Under the pieces are notes generated by a model that saw only the letters and a list, made by a program, of their open reading frames with translations, had not been told where the DNA came from and did no database searches. DNA of 64,000 bases from Octopus bimaculoides (lineage: Eukaryota). The stretch is taken from positions 180,840,339 through 180,904,338 of the forward strand of contig NC_068981.1 of the NCBI RefSeq assembly GCF_001194135.2. The letters run 5' to 3'. This document shows positions 36,959 through 50,188 of the stretch, piece after piece (the first letter of the stretch is position 1; the number at the start of each line of letters is the position of its first letter). The position numbers were made by a program, and so were the translations under genes.

Positions 36959-36983
36959 ATCGAAGAAAAGTTATGACAGCCAT
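36959..36983 (-). CDS. crb: crumbs coding exon 1 (start of signal peptide)
   Basis: ATG at 36983 with an in-frame TAA directly upstream; ATG GCT GTC ATA ACT TTT CTT CGA T|GTAATT. The phase-1 T joins the GG of exon 2 to give Trp, yielding MAVITFLRWLLLVTFFLPPVKT-SSSS, a well-formed signal peptide. Confidence 0.65.
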
Positions 36984-37504
36984 TTAAAACACATATACCA
37001 TATAGTTATTATTCACTTTTGTCAAATAAAGTGTCAAAAAGTTTCGCTGTGCATCTGCAACTTGGACAATATGACGTAACATTTTGGCATTTTAAACTGC
37101 AGAATACTATCAATAAATTAAAACAAAAATGAATGCGTGTGTGTGCGTGCGTGTTAGTCATGAATTTCTCTCAAGTTTCTTTCGCAGTTTCAACAAACGA
37201 TTTCAGAATAAAATCGCTTGTCAAACAAGCTCTGAAATATATAGGCTAAGACTCGGCTGTAATACGAATATGTACGTTAGTTTGTATCAGAGTTGTGCAG
37301 AGCCGAGTTAGGATTCTTGATTTCAACATTTTCTAATTTTCCATTCATAGAATTAAATCTTTTAGAACATTGTCATTTTACAGGATTTTGCTGGCAAATT
37401 CTTAAATTAACATAAACGTTTATTTATATGAAAGAAAATTACCGGGAAACTTTCTTCTAATTCTTTCTGTTAAATCTATATTTAAACCATTTGTGGGGAA
37501 TTCT

Positions 37505-39265
37505 TTTTTATCATAACAACTGGTTGCCCACCGCAAGATTTAACCGAACCAAGCCAGTATGCTCGCAGCATAACCACAGGTGATGGAGAGGCTAAGGCGT
37601 TTGGAAAGCCAAGCGCCCTCACGGGCATCACCTGACACCTTGGTGAGGTGAGCTGCCAATGTTGACAAGGATTTCGCGTTTAGTGGCCCAGTCCCTCCGA
37701 ACATCTCAGTCACCACATATTGGAAGAGATAGTTCACTATCAGGTCTCGATACTTCAGGGTTTTCTTCCATTCGGCTACGGAAGCAGTGGCCCTTCCATT
37801 AACTGCAGCATCTAGGATGTGGGAGGGAGCAAAGGAGTTGCAGACTGTGGCGTCCTAAATGAGGCACCTACCTCTAACCCAGGGATAGAGGGTAAGACCA
37901 TCTGGTCTCTTTCCATCACTTCTGGTTAACCCCGACGGCTCCAGAACTGAGGGGATATTACTCCGAGCCAGGGCCCACTAAATGATTAGGTTTAGCTTGG
38001 TGTGGTGAGCGAAGCGATAAGCATTTAGGCGGCAAGACAGACCACGAAGACCTGTGGGGTTGAGAGGCCTACCACAGTGACATCTCAGTCCCCTACAAAT
38101 GTCAGCTCCTACTCTGAGTGCCATACAGATGCGGAATCAGTGGTGGCTCGTGTATAGGCATTACGGACCTGCAGCACCCCCTATTTCCACTCGATATTAT
38201 TGATGACATTCAATATAATGAGTCCTTTTTTCTTTAATTCTTTCTTTATACTTGTACATTATATAATCCTTAAGCTTAATGTCAGTAGCCATCGCCCAGT
38301 TTATGAAAAAAATACAAAAATCCTTGTATAGAACTGTGCACTTTACAGTTCCAGCGACGCGGTGGTTGGCTGTTGTACGCATGCTCACATGTCCGAGAGA
38401 GAGAGAGAGAGAGCACTGAGTGAGCGACAGTGCTGATCCCAGTGTTCCGGTGAAAGGTAGTGTCTCTTTTTGACTGCGTGTGTTGCGCTTAAAAATGCGT
38501 AGAAGTAGATTATTATCTTGCTTCCAGCGTCAGTGTTGCTGCCAGGATGTGAAAAATAGGCCACATTTCCCCCCCCTTATTTTGTGATTTAGGGTGGATT
38601 TTTGAAAAACAAGGGGGAATTCACGGCTGTGTTCAATAAACAAATTAAACACACTACACGGCAGTGGCTAAAACGCGAACCGATTAAATTTATGTATAAA
38701 TTTTCTTCTTATATATTTATTTCCTTTTACACAATATTAAAACAACGGCTAAAAATTTTCTGAAGCAGCACCCCACTAATTTTATTTACGAGCCGCCACT
38801 GTGCAGAGCTCATCTAGACCGAGTTGGTCACAGGCAAGGCATCAAATCAATCCAGTTCCCCGAGAATTTTGCACTAGCTGAGAGTAGGCGACACCTTGAA
38901 GATTGATCAGAATTGATCAAGGAGAGAGTTGAAAGTGGCACCTGAACGCAGAGTGCCCCATACTCTGTTTTTGCCTATCTTCCACTGTAACCGGAACTGA
39001 CAAACCTAGATCTCTCCACTGTGATAGAGCTTCATCCATCTCCCTGTTGGAATCAGTCCATGTTGGAGAGGTGAGATGTTGCCTACCGAAGAGGAGCAAG
39101 CGGGAGTCTGGGGAAGAGTTTGACATTGACCAAGCATTCGAGTTTCCTGAAGATTAGGTCGTCAAAGTATTTGAGGGACGACAGGAATCTGTAAGAGGAA
39201 CAAACTCTCGGAAAATACAACAGCTTAGGAATTGACAAGTAATTCCTAAGTATAAAAAAAACCTT
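37505..39265 (-). mobile_element. CRE-clade non-LTR retrotransposon 3' fragment (post-RT region, CCHC knuckle, restriction-like endonuclease), interrupted by a MITE
   Basis: LRNYLSIPKLLY..RLLSAS..SGNW / [60 protein letters not shown], with stops and frameshifts. Confidence 0.8.
38138..38801. mobile_element. hAT-type non-autonomous element nested in the CRE fragment
   Basis: TIRs CAGTGGTGGCTCGT / ACGAGCCGCCACTG; decayed 8-bp TSD TGCGGAAT / TGCAGAGC. Removing it rejoins the CRE reading (LDE..RICMALRVG). Confidence 0.75.
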
Positions 39266-42157
39266 GATGGGGCTCAATTATCTTAAGGTTTTTGAAAGTT
39301 GTTCAATCCATAAATGGGACGTTTCAGTGTCAAACAGGATAAATTTACTGGCCAGGTCACCAAGACACTTCAAATGAGGACTGCCTTAGTCAAACTGAGA
39401 CGCATGGTATGGTTAACTGATGAGTGTACACACACATATGTACTAAAGGAGCAGACCTGTGGTCAGCAACAACCATCCTGTCTTTCTAGAGTTTTGAAGG
39501 ACAATTATCTTATGTATCTTTTATTTTTCCAGACAGTTGGACAAATTTGATGAAAATTTGGCTGCTATTTTTAGAAGATTGAGTGACAACGTAGAAATTC
39601 CCTTATATATTGAAACGCTTGATGTTGGAGAAATCCAACAAAATAACAAAAAGAAAGAGAGGAGAAGGTTGAAGAGAAAGACTGGTTCGACAGAAAAACA
39701 CTTGCTACATTCCTAAATACTTGAGATGTTTGGGATTTAACATTTAGAAAAAATGTTTGAACTATTGGAAATGTGTCAATAATAATAATCGCTATCATTA
39801 TTTCTTAAAATATTTCTTCATCGTAAAGATTTCTTTTATTTACTACTAGGGTGATGGATGTAGTCAGTCAAAGACCTAATTGTGATTGTTTTTGGAAAAA
39901 GGATGTGGTCGAGTACTTGATTGTTATTTATTTTGACACCGAAGGTGACTCAGAATGTAAAGAGGTAGAAATAAATAATCTTTTCTACTATAGGCACAAG
40001 GCCTGAAATTTTGGAGCAGGGAACTAGTCGACCTCGAAAGGATTAAAGGAAAAATTAATCTCGACGGAACTTGAACTCAGAACGTAAAAACTGGAAGGTA
40101 TTCCGCTGAACATTTTGTCTGGCGTACTAACGACTCTGCCAGCTCATCACCTTAGAGGTGAAAATAATGCAACGCATTTCTTTCAGTACTTTAGCAGTTT
40201 TGTAACTCACGACGGTTACTAAAAATAATATTTTTAGTAATTTAAGCATATGACTAGCGATTTTAAGATGGGGGAGATTAATCGATTACATCAACCTTAG
40301 TACTTGTCTGGTAATTTATTTTATCGACCTAGGAGGGATAAAAGACAAAGACGGCCTTGGCGGTATCTGAACCCAGAACAAAATACTGCAAGGCATTTTT
40401 CCGACACTAGCAATTCTACAAATCCCTAACATGTCCGTAATTTTTCCCGAAAACATACACATACAGCAATATTTCACTAAACGATCTCCTACTTTAATGA
40501 ACTTTTGGAATTAACCTATTATCGAAACACAATTATTTTTATTCACAAAAGGATTAATAAATAATCTATTACAATCATGAAACGGATGTAATAGTTGATC
40601 GGCAGACTTTCGGAATAGCTATCACTACCTTATGGAGAAGGAAAATGGCAAAGAATTGGGATGATTGTTTCATAGTTTATTTACTAATCCTTTTGTTTAT
40701 TGACTTCGAAACTGTTTCAACTAAGATCATTTTCAGCCATTCGGTTGATTGTGTCATTTCACTAAGCCTAGTAATAATAAGTACATAGTTTTTTATGCAA
40801 ACAATATTAAATACAAAAAAAAAACTAAGAAAATAAAACTACTCCAGTGTCCCATAACAACATCAGTTCAGTAACTGAATCACACTGAAGAAATAACAAT
40901 CACCTGACAATTGGTTCTTTATTTACTACAAAGTCCGTGAATGGGAAACATAACGAACATTAATTTCAAAACTGGATATTTCTTTATACAATGAGGGGGA
41001 AAAAATAGACGAGATGAAAAGAAAATATTAAAATTATAGGCATTGTAACCATGCCAAATTATGAAATGAACAAATATATACATCCTAAAAGATGGGCAAC
41101 CAAGAAAGTAAAATTCGGGAATCCTACAAGTCCCCTTCAGTAGCAAAGTAAATGCTTTCTTCTTACTATGAAATTATAGGTGAAAATTAAGTGGAACCAT
41201 CGTGTCCTGCCAAGCTCACAACTCTCACCCATATTTCAGCATATTTACTGGAAGGCAGACTTCCTTCTCCACTATCGTCTTTCTCTTCGAGTGATCTAAA
41301 AAGTTAAAGGTGTAGTCTTAGAGTAAAAACCCTGCTTTTAGTTATCTTCACAACATCACATTCACCAGATACAGGAGAACTACCTGTCCTTCCTTGCCAA
41401 CTGATAATAATTTCTAACATGGGCACAAGGCCAAGAAATTTGGGGGAAGCAGAACAGTCGATTCTATTGATCCCCAATACTTGATTGGCATTTTATTGAA
41501 TCAGGGGGGTAAAATGATAGAGAAAAATGTCAAAGGAAAAAAGTCACAGCTACAAGAACGCCTTTATAACTTGTAAGTTTACAGGAGAACCACAAGACAA
41601 AAGTTTCTTCTTGGCGTCAGCTGGACTATTCGTCTTAACATTTAAAATACTGAATATACACGTAATGCCACGATACTATGTAAGGTGTTGTCAATCCTTG
41701 TATATGTCATGTATTGTCAGCAACTGACTTAACATTTTTTTTTGTCCCATTGTCTGAATTTGCTTATGAAATTGAATAAAATGGTTGGGGTTTTTTTCCA
41801 CGTTTAATGCCATCATAAATAAATCATGTACAAGTCATGTATTGTCAGTTAATAACTGATTTAAAATAACTTTTGTTTTATTATTTGAATTGTTTATAGT
41901 ATTTAAATAAAATGTGGCTTTCTCCTAGCTATTATTGTGACTTTTTTTCAAAACACCATTTTATTTTAATGATCCTAGAAGAATAAAGGCAAAGTTGTCA
42001 TCGGTAGAATTTGAACTCGAGACTTGAAGAAACTGAAACAAGTATCACAAAGCATTTTCTCACTGTCAAATGAGTTTGCCAATCTACCACCCTAATAAAC
42101 GATATTATTTTAAATATATATACATATCAGCGACAGAGGTAATATTAAAGCCAAGCC

Positions 42158-42559
42158 GGCGATCTTTCGGTACGAGTTGCTAAATGGCCTTTTCCGTAAA
42201 AAGTGTCTTCGGCGATCTTTACCAAAGATCGGCCTTTTCCGTAACACCCGCACGATCTTCACTATGGTGTTAGGGTTAGGGTTTTAGTGTCAGGGTTTTA
42301 GGGTTACGGTTTAGGGTTACGGTTAGGGACGAAATTTCCTAACGCAAACCCTAAAACCCAAACCCTAACCGTAAACCTAACCCTAACTCTAAACCCTTCA
42401 AAATAAATCGCGCTCTGTGTATGTCTTTCGCCGTTATGACGTCGTTTCCCTGTTTCTCTCCAACACTTTTTACGGAAAAGGCCGATCTTTGGTAAAAATC
42501 GCCGAAGACACTTTTTAGGGAAAAGGCCGATATTTAGGAACTCGTACCGAAAGATCGCC
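42158..42559. mobile_element. MITE with about 85-bp TIRs, 8-bp TSD and internal head-to-head TTAGGG/CCCTAA-like arrays
   Basis: TIR GGCGATCTTTCGGTACGAGTT..GGCCTTTTCCGTAA; TSD GCCAAGCC at 42150-42157 and 42560-42567. Confidence 0.9.
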
Positions 42560-43106
42560 GCCAAGCCAATGAGTTTCTTTCATGGTAACTACCGCAGTAT
42601 AGTTTGTCTAACAGAACACTCACGTTTAAGTAGGGATAAATACAACCTCCGATATATTTTTATATTAGCACATTAGCTCAAATCTGTAGGTGAATTTAGT
42701 GAATTGAATTGAAGAATATCTATTTTATTAACTGGGGAGATAGCAAACGAAGTCAACTAAAAAGGCAAAATTAATAATGAAGTCTCACATTGGAACGAGG
42801 AGAGAGGAATAGTAAATCGACTATTGGTAAATTGCTACGTTTTTATTTATTTACAACGAACAGAGATAAAAGGCAAAACTGACTGAATTCTGAAAGACAT
42901 CGTCAACAGCTCTCCTGAGTACACCAGAAAATGCCTCTGTGTGATAAAGTTACCATACTAGAAGACATGTCGAAATAGAGATTATGTCGTATTTATCTAA
43001 ATATTGTCAGGGATCGCCGAAACAAAAATTCTCAATCGATATATCAATTCTAACAAACAATATGTCTCCAAAATGGAGTGTTTAATTATCCAGTTATGTG
43101 TTGTGT

Positions 43107-43498
43107 GTTGGCACTCCGTCGCTTACGACATCGAGGGTTCCAGTTGATCCGATCAACGGAACAGCCTGCTCGTGAAATTAACGTTTACGACGTCGAGGGT
43201 TCCAGTTGATCCGATCAACGGAACAGCCTGCTCGTGAAATTAACGTGCAAGTAGCTGAGCACTCCACAGACACGTGTACCCTTAACGTAGTTCTCGGGGA
43301 TATTCAGCGTGACACAGTGTGACAAGGCTGGCCCCTTTGAATTACAGGGCACAACAGAAACAGGAAGTAAGAGTGAGAGAAAGTTGTGGTGAAAGAGTAC
43401 GGCAGGGTTCCTTGTGGAACTTTAGGTGTTTTCGCTCAATAAACACTCACAACGCGAAACCGCGAGTCCGCTGCCCTAACCACTGGACCATTGCGCCT
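43107..43498 (-). mobile_element. SINE family A with a 62-nt internal tandem duplication
   Basis: Units 43123-43184 and 43185-43246. Confidence 0.85.
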
Positions 43499-45324
43499 CT
43501 ATCCAGTTATAAGGATCTGGAAATAAATATATCCAGAATGTGGGGTGGGGGACTAAAAGAAACAATTACTATAATTAATAGGGGCCTTGGGAATTATATA
43601 AAACCGAAAAGATATAAAATACGTAACTGAAACTCCAGACCTTACACACACATCTTACAGAAGACAACACAACTAGTTATGATTACACACTGTAATTTTC
43701 AAGACAAAAGAAGAAAAAAAACACTGAACGTTGCTCAAGGGACGATGTTGTGCAATAAAATAAAACTAATGAAATAATAATGAATTGTTTCATAATGAAA
43801 CAAGATCTGATGGAAGAATAAAGTAAGGAAATGGACAATATCAGATAGTGGCGAATTAGTCCAGTTATCAGAGGAGCACTGCAGTAAAAGTGTCTGTTGT
43901 CTGTGCTTGAGTTAAAATATTGCTCAGGTTAACTTTGCTTTTCATCCCTTTCAGTGTCGATAAATACGTAAGGTAGATACCTTGGGCTGGTGCCAGCACA
44001 CTCTCTCTCTCTCTCTCTCTCTGAAAGAAATCAACTAGATCTAAAGGATAGGATCCAAGAGGTCTAAAAATGCCTAAGACGCATCTTACGTCAAAATGTA
44101 CCCTATGATTCCATCAGGAACTGAAGGCTCAAGGCTATAATACAATAAATAATTAATTACGTTTATTAAAAGCATTTTTTATAACTAGGAATCTTAAGTT
44201 CTTTATTTTCATTATACTTTAACTTAGGTGAAATTGAAAGTGATCAACTTTCCAATCACATAATGTGTGCGCATTATAATTNNNNNNNNNNNNNNNNNNN
44301 NNNNNNNNNNNNNNNNNNNNNNNNNNNNNNNNNNNNNNNNNNNNNNNNNNNNNNNNNNNNNNNNNNNNNNNNNNNNNNNNNNNNNNNNNNNNNNNNNNNN
44401 NNNNNNNNNNNNNNNNNNNNNNNNNNNNNNNNNNNNNNNNNNNNNNNNNNNNNNNNNNNNNNNNNNNNNNNNNNNNNNNNNNNNNNNNNNNNNNNNNNNN
44501 NNNNNNNNNNNNNNNNNNNNNNNNNNNNNNNNNNNNNNNNNNNNNNNNNNNNNNNNNNNNNNNNNNNNNNNNNNNNNNNNNNNNNNNNNNNNNNNNNNNN
44601 NNNNNNNNNNNNNNNNNNNNNNNNNNNNNNNNNNNNNNNNNNNNNNNNNNNNNNNNNNNNNNNNNNNNNNNNNNNNNNNNNNNNNNNNNNNNNNNNNNNN
44701 NNNNNNNNNNNNNNNNNNNNNNNNNNNNNNNNNNNNNNNNNNNNNNNNNNNNNNNNNNNNNNNNNNNNNNNNNNNNNNNNNNNNNNNNNNNNNNNNGTAA
44801 ATCTCGTAGTAGATAAAGCTATAAATAATGGCAGAACGCCTATCATTTTTACAGGAGAGGTACGTCCATGTCCCACGAACCCAATATTTACATGGTATTC
44901 TGAATAGCTTTATCTACGTCGAGATACAGCATTCTCCAAACGAGAATTAGGTTAATCGTGAATTTTCCGAGTTCTCTCTCCACGCCCACCACCGTTCGTC
45001 AGCGCGCATTTTTTCTTCTATTCGTTCACTACGCATTATTTTACACCTATTAACACTATTTGTTTTGTTTTTTTCATTTTTGTGACCGAGTCTTAAACTA
45101 GAGATTAACCGAGTATTATTTTACATTCTCTCAAAGTTTCTAAATTCTTATGATGTCACCAATACACACACACAAAATTCCCCCGCTCAAAGGCTTGTAT
45201 ACGCCATCTTATTGACAAGTCAATCACTGTAAAACTATTAGAAATCTATAACTATATTATTCTACCAGTCACAACATGTATTGTGGTGTCACGCTTATAA
45301 CAACATTAGCAGAGAATATTTATT

Positions 45325-45790
45325 TTATTAATCTAGTTTTACAAAATTAAATCAGAAAATTGGACAAAACAGAGAACACAATTGAAAAAATTAAAAAGTA
45401 AAAGAGAAAAAAAAAAACAATTAACCACCTTAGGTTGAAAAGTTGGGGGCGCTGGGAAATCTCTCTAATGGCTATTGAGACTCGCCAGCACGCTTGCAGC
45501 GTTGCCGCGGGTGATGGCGAGGCTGATGCGCTGGAACAGCCAAGTGCCCTCACGAGCCTCACCAGTTACCTCTGCTAGCCGAGTTGCCAGCGAAGACAGG
45601 AATCTCGCAGTTAGTGGTCCGACCCCACCAAACGTCTCGAACGCCACAGGATGAAAAATGTAGTTGGCCGACAGATCGTAGTATTTTAGGATTTTGTTCC
45701 GCTCGGCCACAGTAGCTGTGGATCTCGCCCTGTCCGCAGCATCCAGGATATGAGAAGAGAAGAAGCAAATGAGTCGCTAACTATGACAAT
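45325..45790 (-). mobile_element. second CRE-clade 3' fragment (RLE C-terminus plus 3' UTR)
   Basis: AERNKILKY.DL..NYIFHPVAFETFG..QRISLAITRGNAASVL; A-rich end. The 3' UTR differs from the 37.5-kb copy. Confidence 0.8.
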
Positions 45791-46211
45791 TGTGAAACGG
45801 AATCGATGGCATAATTGAAATCTTTAATCATAATGGTTTCTTATTTAGAGCACAAGGGGAACAGTTTGCTACCGTAGTTCATGACTGGTACGAAATAATC
45901 CTATGAAGATTTATAAATCTATACACCAAAATACAAATAAGAATGCTCATTTACAAAATATAGAATTCCCACAGATTCTACTAGTTTATATTTTTAAGAT
46001 CGAAAGAATTGGCAGAATGGCTGTTAAAACCCTTTCCAACATTTGGTCACCAACATTCATACTCTAAATTTGAATCTTTACATACTAAATGAAGAGTCCT
46101 GTTGTCGCCTCTGTCCACAACGCTACTCCGGGTCTGGGATATCACAGGCAGTTGGTAATCCCTTGACCCTGTATAAATTTCTTTTGCATAATATATAAAA
46201 ACTTTAAAAAA

Positions 46212-46970
46212 CTGGCACTCCGTCGGTTACGACGACGAGGGTTCCTGTTGATCTGATCAACAGAACAACCTACTTGTGGAATTAACATGCAAGTGGCTGA
46301 ACACTCCACTGACACATACTTTTCACGTAGTTCTCAGGGAGATTCAGCATGCTGCAGAATGTGAAAAGGCTGACCCTTTGAAATACAGGCACTATGCGTT
46401 TTGTCAGCTGTGTTGACTAGAGCGACTTGAAATACAATGTCTTACTCAAGGACACAACGTGTCGCCGGGAATCGAACTCACGACCTTACGATCGTGAGCC
46501 AAATACCCTAACCACTAAGCCATGCGCTTTCACTTGCATAATCTTTTCTACTCTAGGCACAAGGCCCGAAATTTTGGGGGAAGGGGCCAGTCGATTATAT
46601 CGATCCCAGTACACAAAAGGTATTTAATTTACAACCCGAAAGGATGAAAGGCAAAGTCGACCTCGGCGGAATCTGAACTCAAAACGTAAAGACAGACTAG
46701 CTAAGCATTTCGCCCGGCGTGCTAACGTTTCTTATTTCTTTATTGCCCACAAGAGACTAAACATAGAGGGGACAAACAAGGACAGACAAAGGGATTAAGT
46801 CGATTACATCGACCTCAGTGCGTAACTGGTACTTACTTTATCGATCCCGAAAGGATGAAAAAAAAAAGTCGACCTCGGCGGAATTTGAACTCAGAACGTA
46901 ATGGCAGACGAAATACCGCCAAGCATTTCGCCCAGCGTGCTAACGTTTCTGCCAGCTCGCCGCCTTCCTT
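46212..46970 (-). mobile_element. SINE cluster: family A (46212-46527) plus two tandem family D copies (46545-46970)
   Basis: Direct similarity to other copies in the window. Confidence 0.8.
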
Positions 46971-48286
46971 CACTTGCATAATGTAATTTGAACCAACACA
47001 CACACACACAGAGTTGTAGTCTATTGAAATGAATGTAACAAATATCTTCTGGTGACTAGCGATGTGATAAAATGCAATGTCGAAGCTGATTATCAGGATT
47101 TGAAGTCGGTCATTAATTAACGAAATTAATTACTGCTCAGCGCGTTACTTTCTGTATCACCCTAACAAAACTGATAGTAATATCTATTTCAAATTTTGGC
47201 ACAAGGATAGCAATTTTGTGGGAGGGTCTAAGTGGATTACATCGACACCAGTACGTAACTGGTACTTTATCGACCTCGAAAAGATGAAAGGCAAAATCGA
47301 CCTCTGCAGAATATCACAATAAATTACATTATGGAAATAGTAATAATTAATAATGGCCTCAAATTTTAGCACAAGGTCAGTAATTTGGGGGAATGAGAGT
47401 TAGTTGCATGATTATATATTTTATGGCTTAAGTTTTCATGTTTTTGGAAAAACTAAGGACTGAAGCTAAACAAAGTTTCACACACACATATATATATTTA
47501 TATATATATATATATATATAGGGTGACCCCCAAAAACCACAAATCTTTGAATAAAACTGTTAGAATAAAACGNNNNNNNNNNNNNNNNNNNNNNNNNNNN
47601 NNNNNNNNNNNNNNNNNNNNNNNNNNNNNNNNNNNNNNNNNNNNNNNNNNNNNNNNNNNNNNNNNNNNNNNNNNNNNNNNNNNNNNNNNNNNNNNNNNNN
47701 NNNNNNNNNNNNNNNNNNNNNNNNNNNNNNNNNNNNNNNNNNNNNNNNNNNNNNNNNNNNNNNNNNNNNNNNNNNNNNNNNNNNNNNNNNNNNNNNNNNN
47801 NNNNNNNNNNNNNNNNNNNNNNNNNNNNNNNNNNNNNNNNNNNNNNNNNNNNNNNNNNNNNNNNNNNNNNNNNNNNNNNNNNNNNNNNNNNNNNNNNNNN
47901 NNNNNNNNNNNNNNNNNNNNNNNNNNNNNNNNNNNNNNNNNNNNNNNNNNNNNNNNNNNNNNNNNNNNNNNNNNNNNNNNNNNNNNNNNNNNNNNNNNNN
48001 NNNNNNNNNNNNNNNNNNNNNNNNNNNNNNNNNNNNNNNNNNNNNNNNNNNNNNNNNNNNNNNNNNNNNNNNNNNNNNNNNNNNNNNNNNNNNNNNNNNN
48101 NNNNNNNNNNNNNNNNNNNNNNNNNNNNNNNNNNNNNNNNNNNNNNNNNNNNNNNNNNNNNNNNNNNNNNNNNNNNNNNNNNNNNNNNNNNNNNNNNNNN
48201 NNNNNNNNNNNNNNNNNNNNNNNNNNNNNNNNNNNNNNNNNNNNNNNNNNNNNNNNNNNNNNNNNNNNNNNNNNNNNNNNNNNNNG

Positions 48287-48775
48287 CTAAAAGCCTTGTA
48301 GACAGCTCCTCAGACACTATATCAAAAGACCGCGGACGTGAGGAAACGGTCGGAAAACGAGAAATACGTCTTAACAAAAAACATTAATTGATCGTCCGGG
48401 CCCATGTATTAATGGAAGTGGCCGTTACAAGATCTGCATCGCGTAGAGAGCCAAAATTCTTAAGGACTATACGCAAAATTCTATAAGCCAAAATTCTGAA
48501 GGACTGGCGCGTTAAATAGCCAGAAAGAAGTGTTTTCCGACTATTCAAGCGCTACTTACTGGAAAACTGGATCTCCCCGTTTGCTAGTTAGGCCTCTTCG
48601 GGTCTATAAGAGTTGTTTTTACCTCTAGTTCAGGGAAAATAACCCGTACTCACTAACGTTTTTTGTTAAGACGTATTTCTCGGTTTCCGAGCGTTTCCTC
48701 ACGTCCGCGACGTAGAGATTAAAAAAATTTTGTCTTTGTATAAAGTCTGACGAGCTGTTCACAAGGCTTTGTAGA
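48287..48775. mobile_element. MITE-like element with about 100-bp inverted repeats (left end lost in gap)
   Basis: AAAGCCTTGT..CGCGGACGTGAGGAAACG..GAGAAATACGTCTTAACAAAAAAC, inverted at 48655-48775. Confidence 0.75.
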
Positions 48776-48899
48776 TGCGAAACTTTGGATAACTGTATGT
48801 ACAAGATATAAAATTTTTGTTGCAATAATTACTGCTCTATTCTTTAGAGTGCTTCTTTCTGATATATATATTTTTAAAAACTAATATACACACACACAT

Positions 48900-49330
48900 T
48901 TGTTGGATGGCCGTTGACTACTCATGAGCTCCTCCGCCCTTTGACGGGTCTTATTTTTCGTCCCGCAGGGTGTCCCAACAACCATCCTCCTCACCAAGCG
49001 AGCCTGGTGGGGTTGCCAGTTTAGTTGCCGACGATCCGATCATGCAACTAGTTGTACTAGATTAATGACGAATAAAAGTGTGGAGTGGAGTGAGAGCTTT
49101 TGAAGAGGCCAGAATGACACATGCAATACTCAAAAGAGATTTAAAAAAGAATGCTGTGATCGAGAAGTTGAATCTCAGCAACCTTTTGGGGCGCACAGTT
49201 TGTAACAGACGATGCCTTTCTTTTGCTGGGCTCAAACCTCATTTGCGAAACCGTGAAAAACGAACATCCACCAACTACTCTGCCTATATATAAATGTGCA
49301 CATCTTTCAATGCCATGTAAGCTATAAGGT
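48900..49330 (+). mobile_element. internally deleted RTE/BovB-like element
   Basis: 3' part encodes W.GVRAFEEAR..LKR..TVCNRRCLSFAGLKPHLR, the C-terminal C2H2-like motif of BovB-type RTEs. Confidence 0.55.
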
Positions 49331-50115
49331 CTGCACATCTAACGGAGGCCTCAAAAGACATTTTAAAATCCACAGAGATTAGAACTTAACTGCAGCTCTT
49401 GGTGGTCCACATCAGATGCAATCTATGTGGGTGTCTTTTCAATACAATGTCTGGTTTCAAAAGTCACATCAGACACCATGATGAATCTAAGGTGTAAGTA
49501 CAAGGGTAGTCAGACTCTGTATGAGGAGTATACAACCACCATATTATAATAATTGTCAATTACAGGTATTCTTTTATTAGTTCCTATTTATAAGGATATT
49601 TTGGTATTATCTATTAAGTTACTGGTATAAGTTTAACATTAAAGCATGTAAGGATAACGAATATTTAATACGTATGTTGTGTTTTAATTATTAACTTTTG
49701 GATTATGAAATAGTATAATTCACTAAGAATTAGTTTTATTAGTTAAATTAAGTTCAATCGAGTTTGTTTTGTTTTGGAGAGAATAGTATATAATTTAATA
49801 ACTATGGAAGACTGGTGGGAATATTATCTGTATGGACTTCAAGAGCTTGGTCGCTATTTAGATAATTTAGGAATCGGTTATAGGTTTTCTTATTGAATTT
49901 ATTTACCGATATTGTTTTTTGTACATAGGGTAAATGTGTTTCTTTAACAATGTTAGTTACGTCATATGTAAACAAACATTAAGTTCTTTTTAACCTTTTT
50001 TGAAGCGCTGAAATGTATTTTTGCACAATTATAAAGATATATTTCTCAACGCATATATACTGATAGAACAGCATATATAGGATAAAATCCTTACAGAGCA
50101 GGAAAATCTGTCAAC

Positions 50116-50188
50116 AACTAGCCATGAAAATCGAACTCATATCCCTTTGATTTCCGGTCAAAGTGACCTACCATTAAGCTAAACTGCT
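50116..50188 (-). ncRNA. tRNA-like cloverleaf (73 nt) in an inverted-repeat arm
   Basis: AGCAGTT TA GCTT AATGGTA GGTC A CTTTGA-CCGGAAA-TCAAAG GGAT ATGAG-TTCGATT-TTCAT GGCTAGT T. Confidence 0.5.

Larger units (their letters stand above)
921..36983 (-). other. crb: crumbs 5' gene span (intron 1 = 34601-36958; intron 2 = 1050-34024, about 33 kb); gene continues left of the window
   Basis: Joined exons give signal peptide-LamG-EGF, the N-terminal architecture of invertebrate Crumbs. No other EGF exon seen in 1050-34024. Confidence 0.8.

Noticed and set aside
44797-44870. VNLVVDKAINNGRTPIIFTGE with a GAG|GTACGT donor, vaguely ankyrin-like, next to a CpG-richer stretch (44950-45060)
   Set aside because: Short, abuts a gap, no acceptor or partner exon visible.
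48746-48800. CTGACGA-GC..GC-GAAA hammerhead-like string
   Set aside because: No stem I or stem III/triplet can be formed, and it lies in the TIR of a DNA element.
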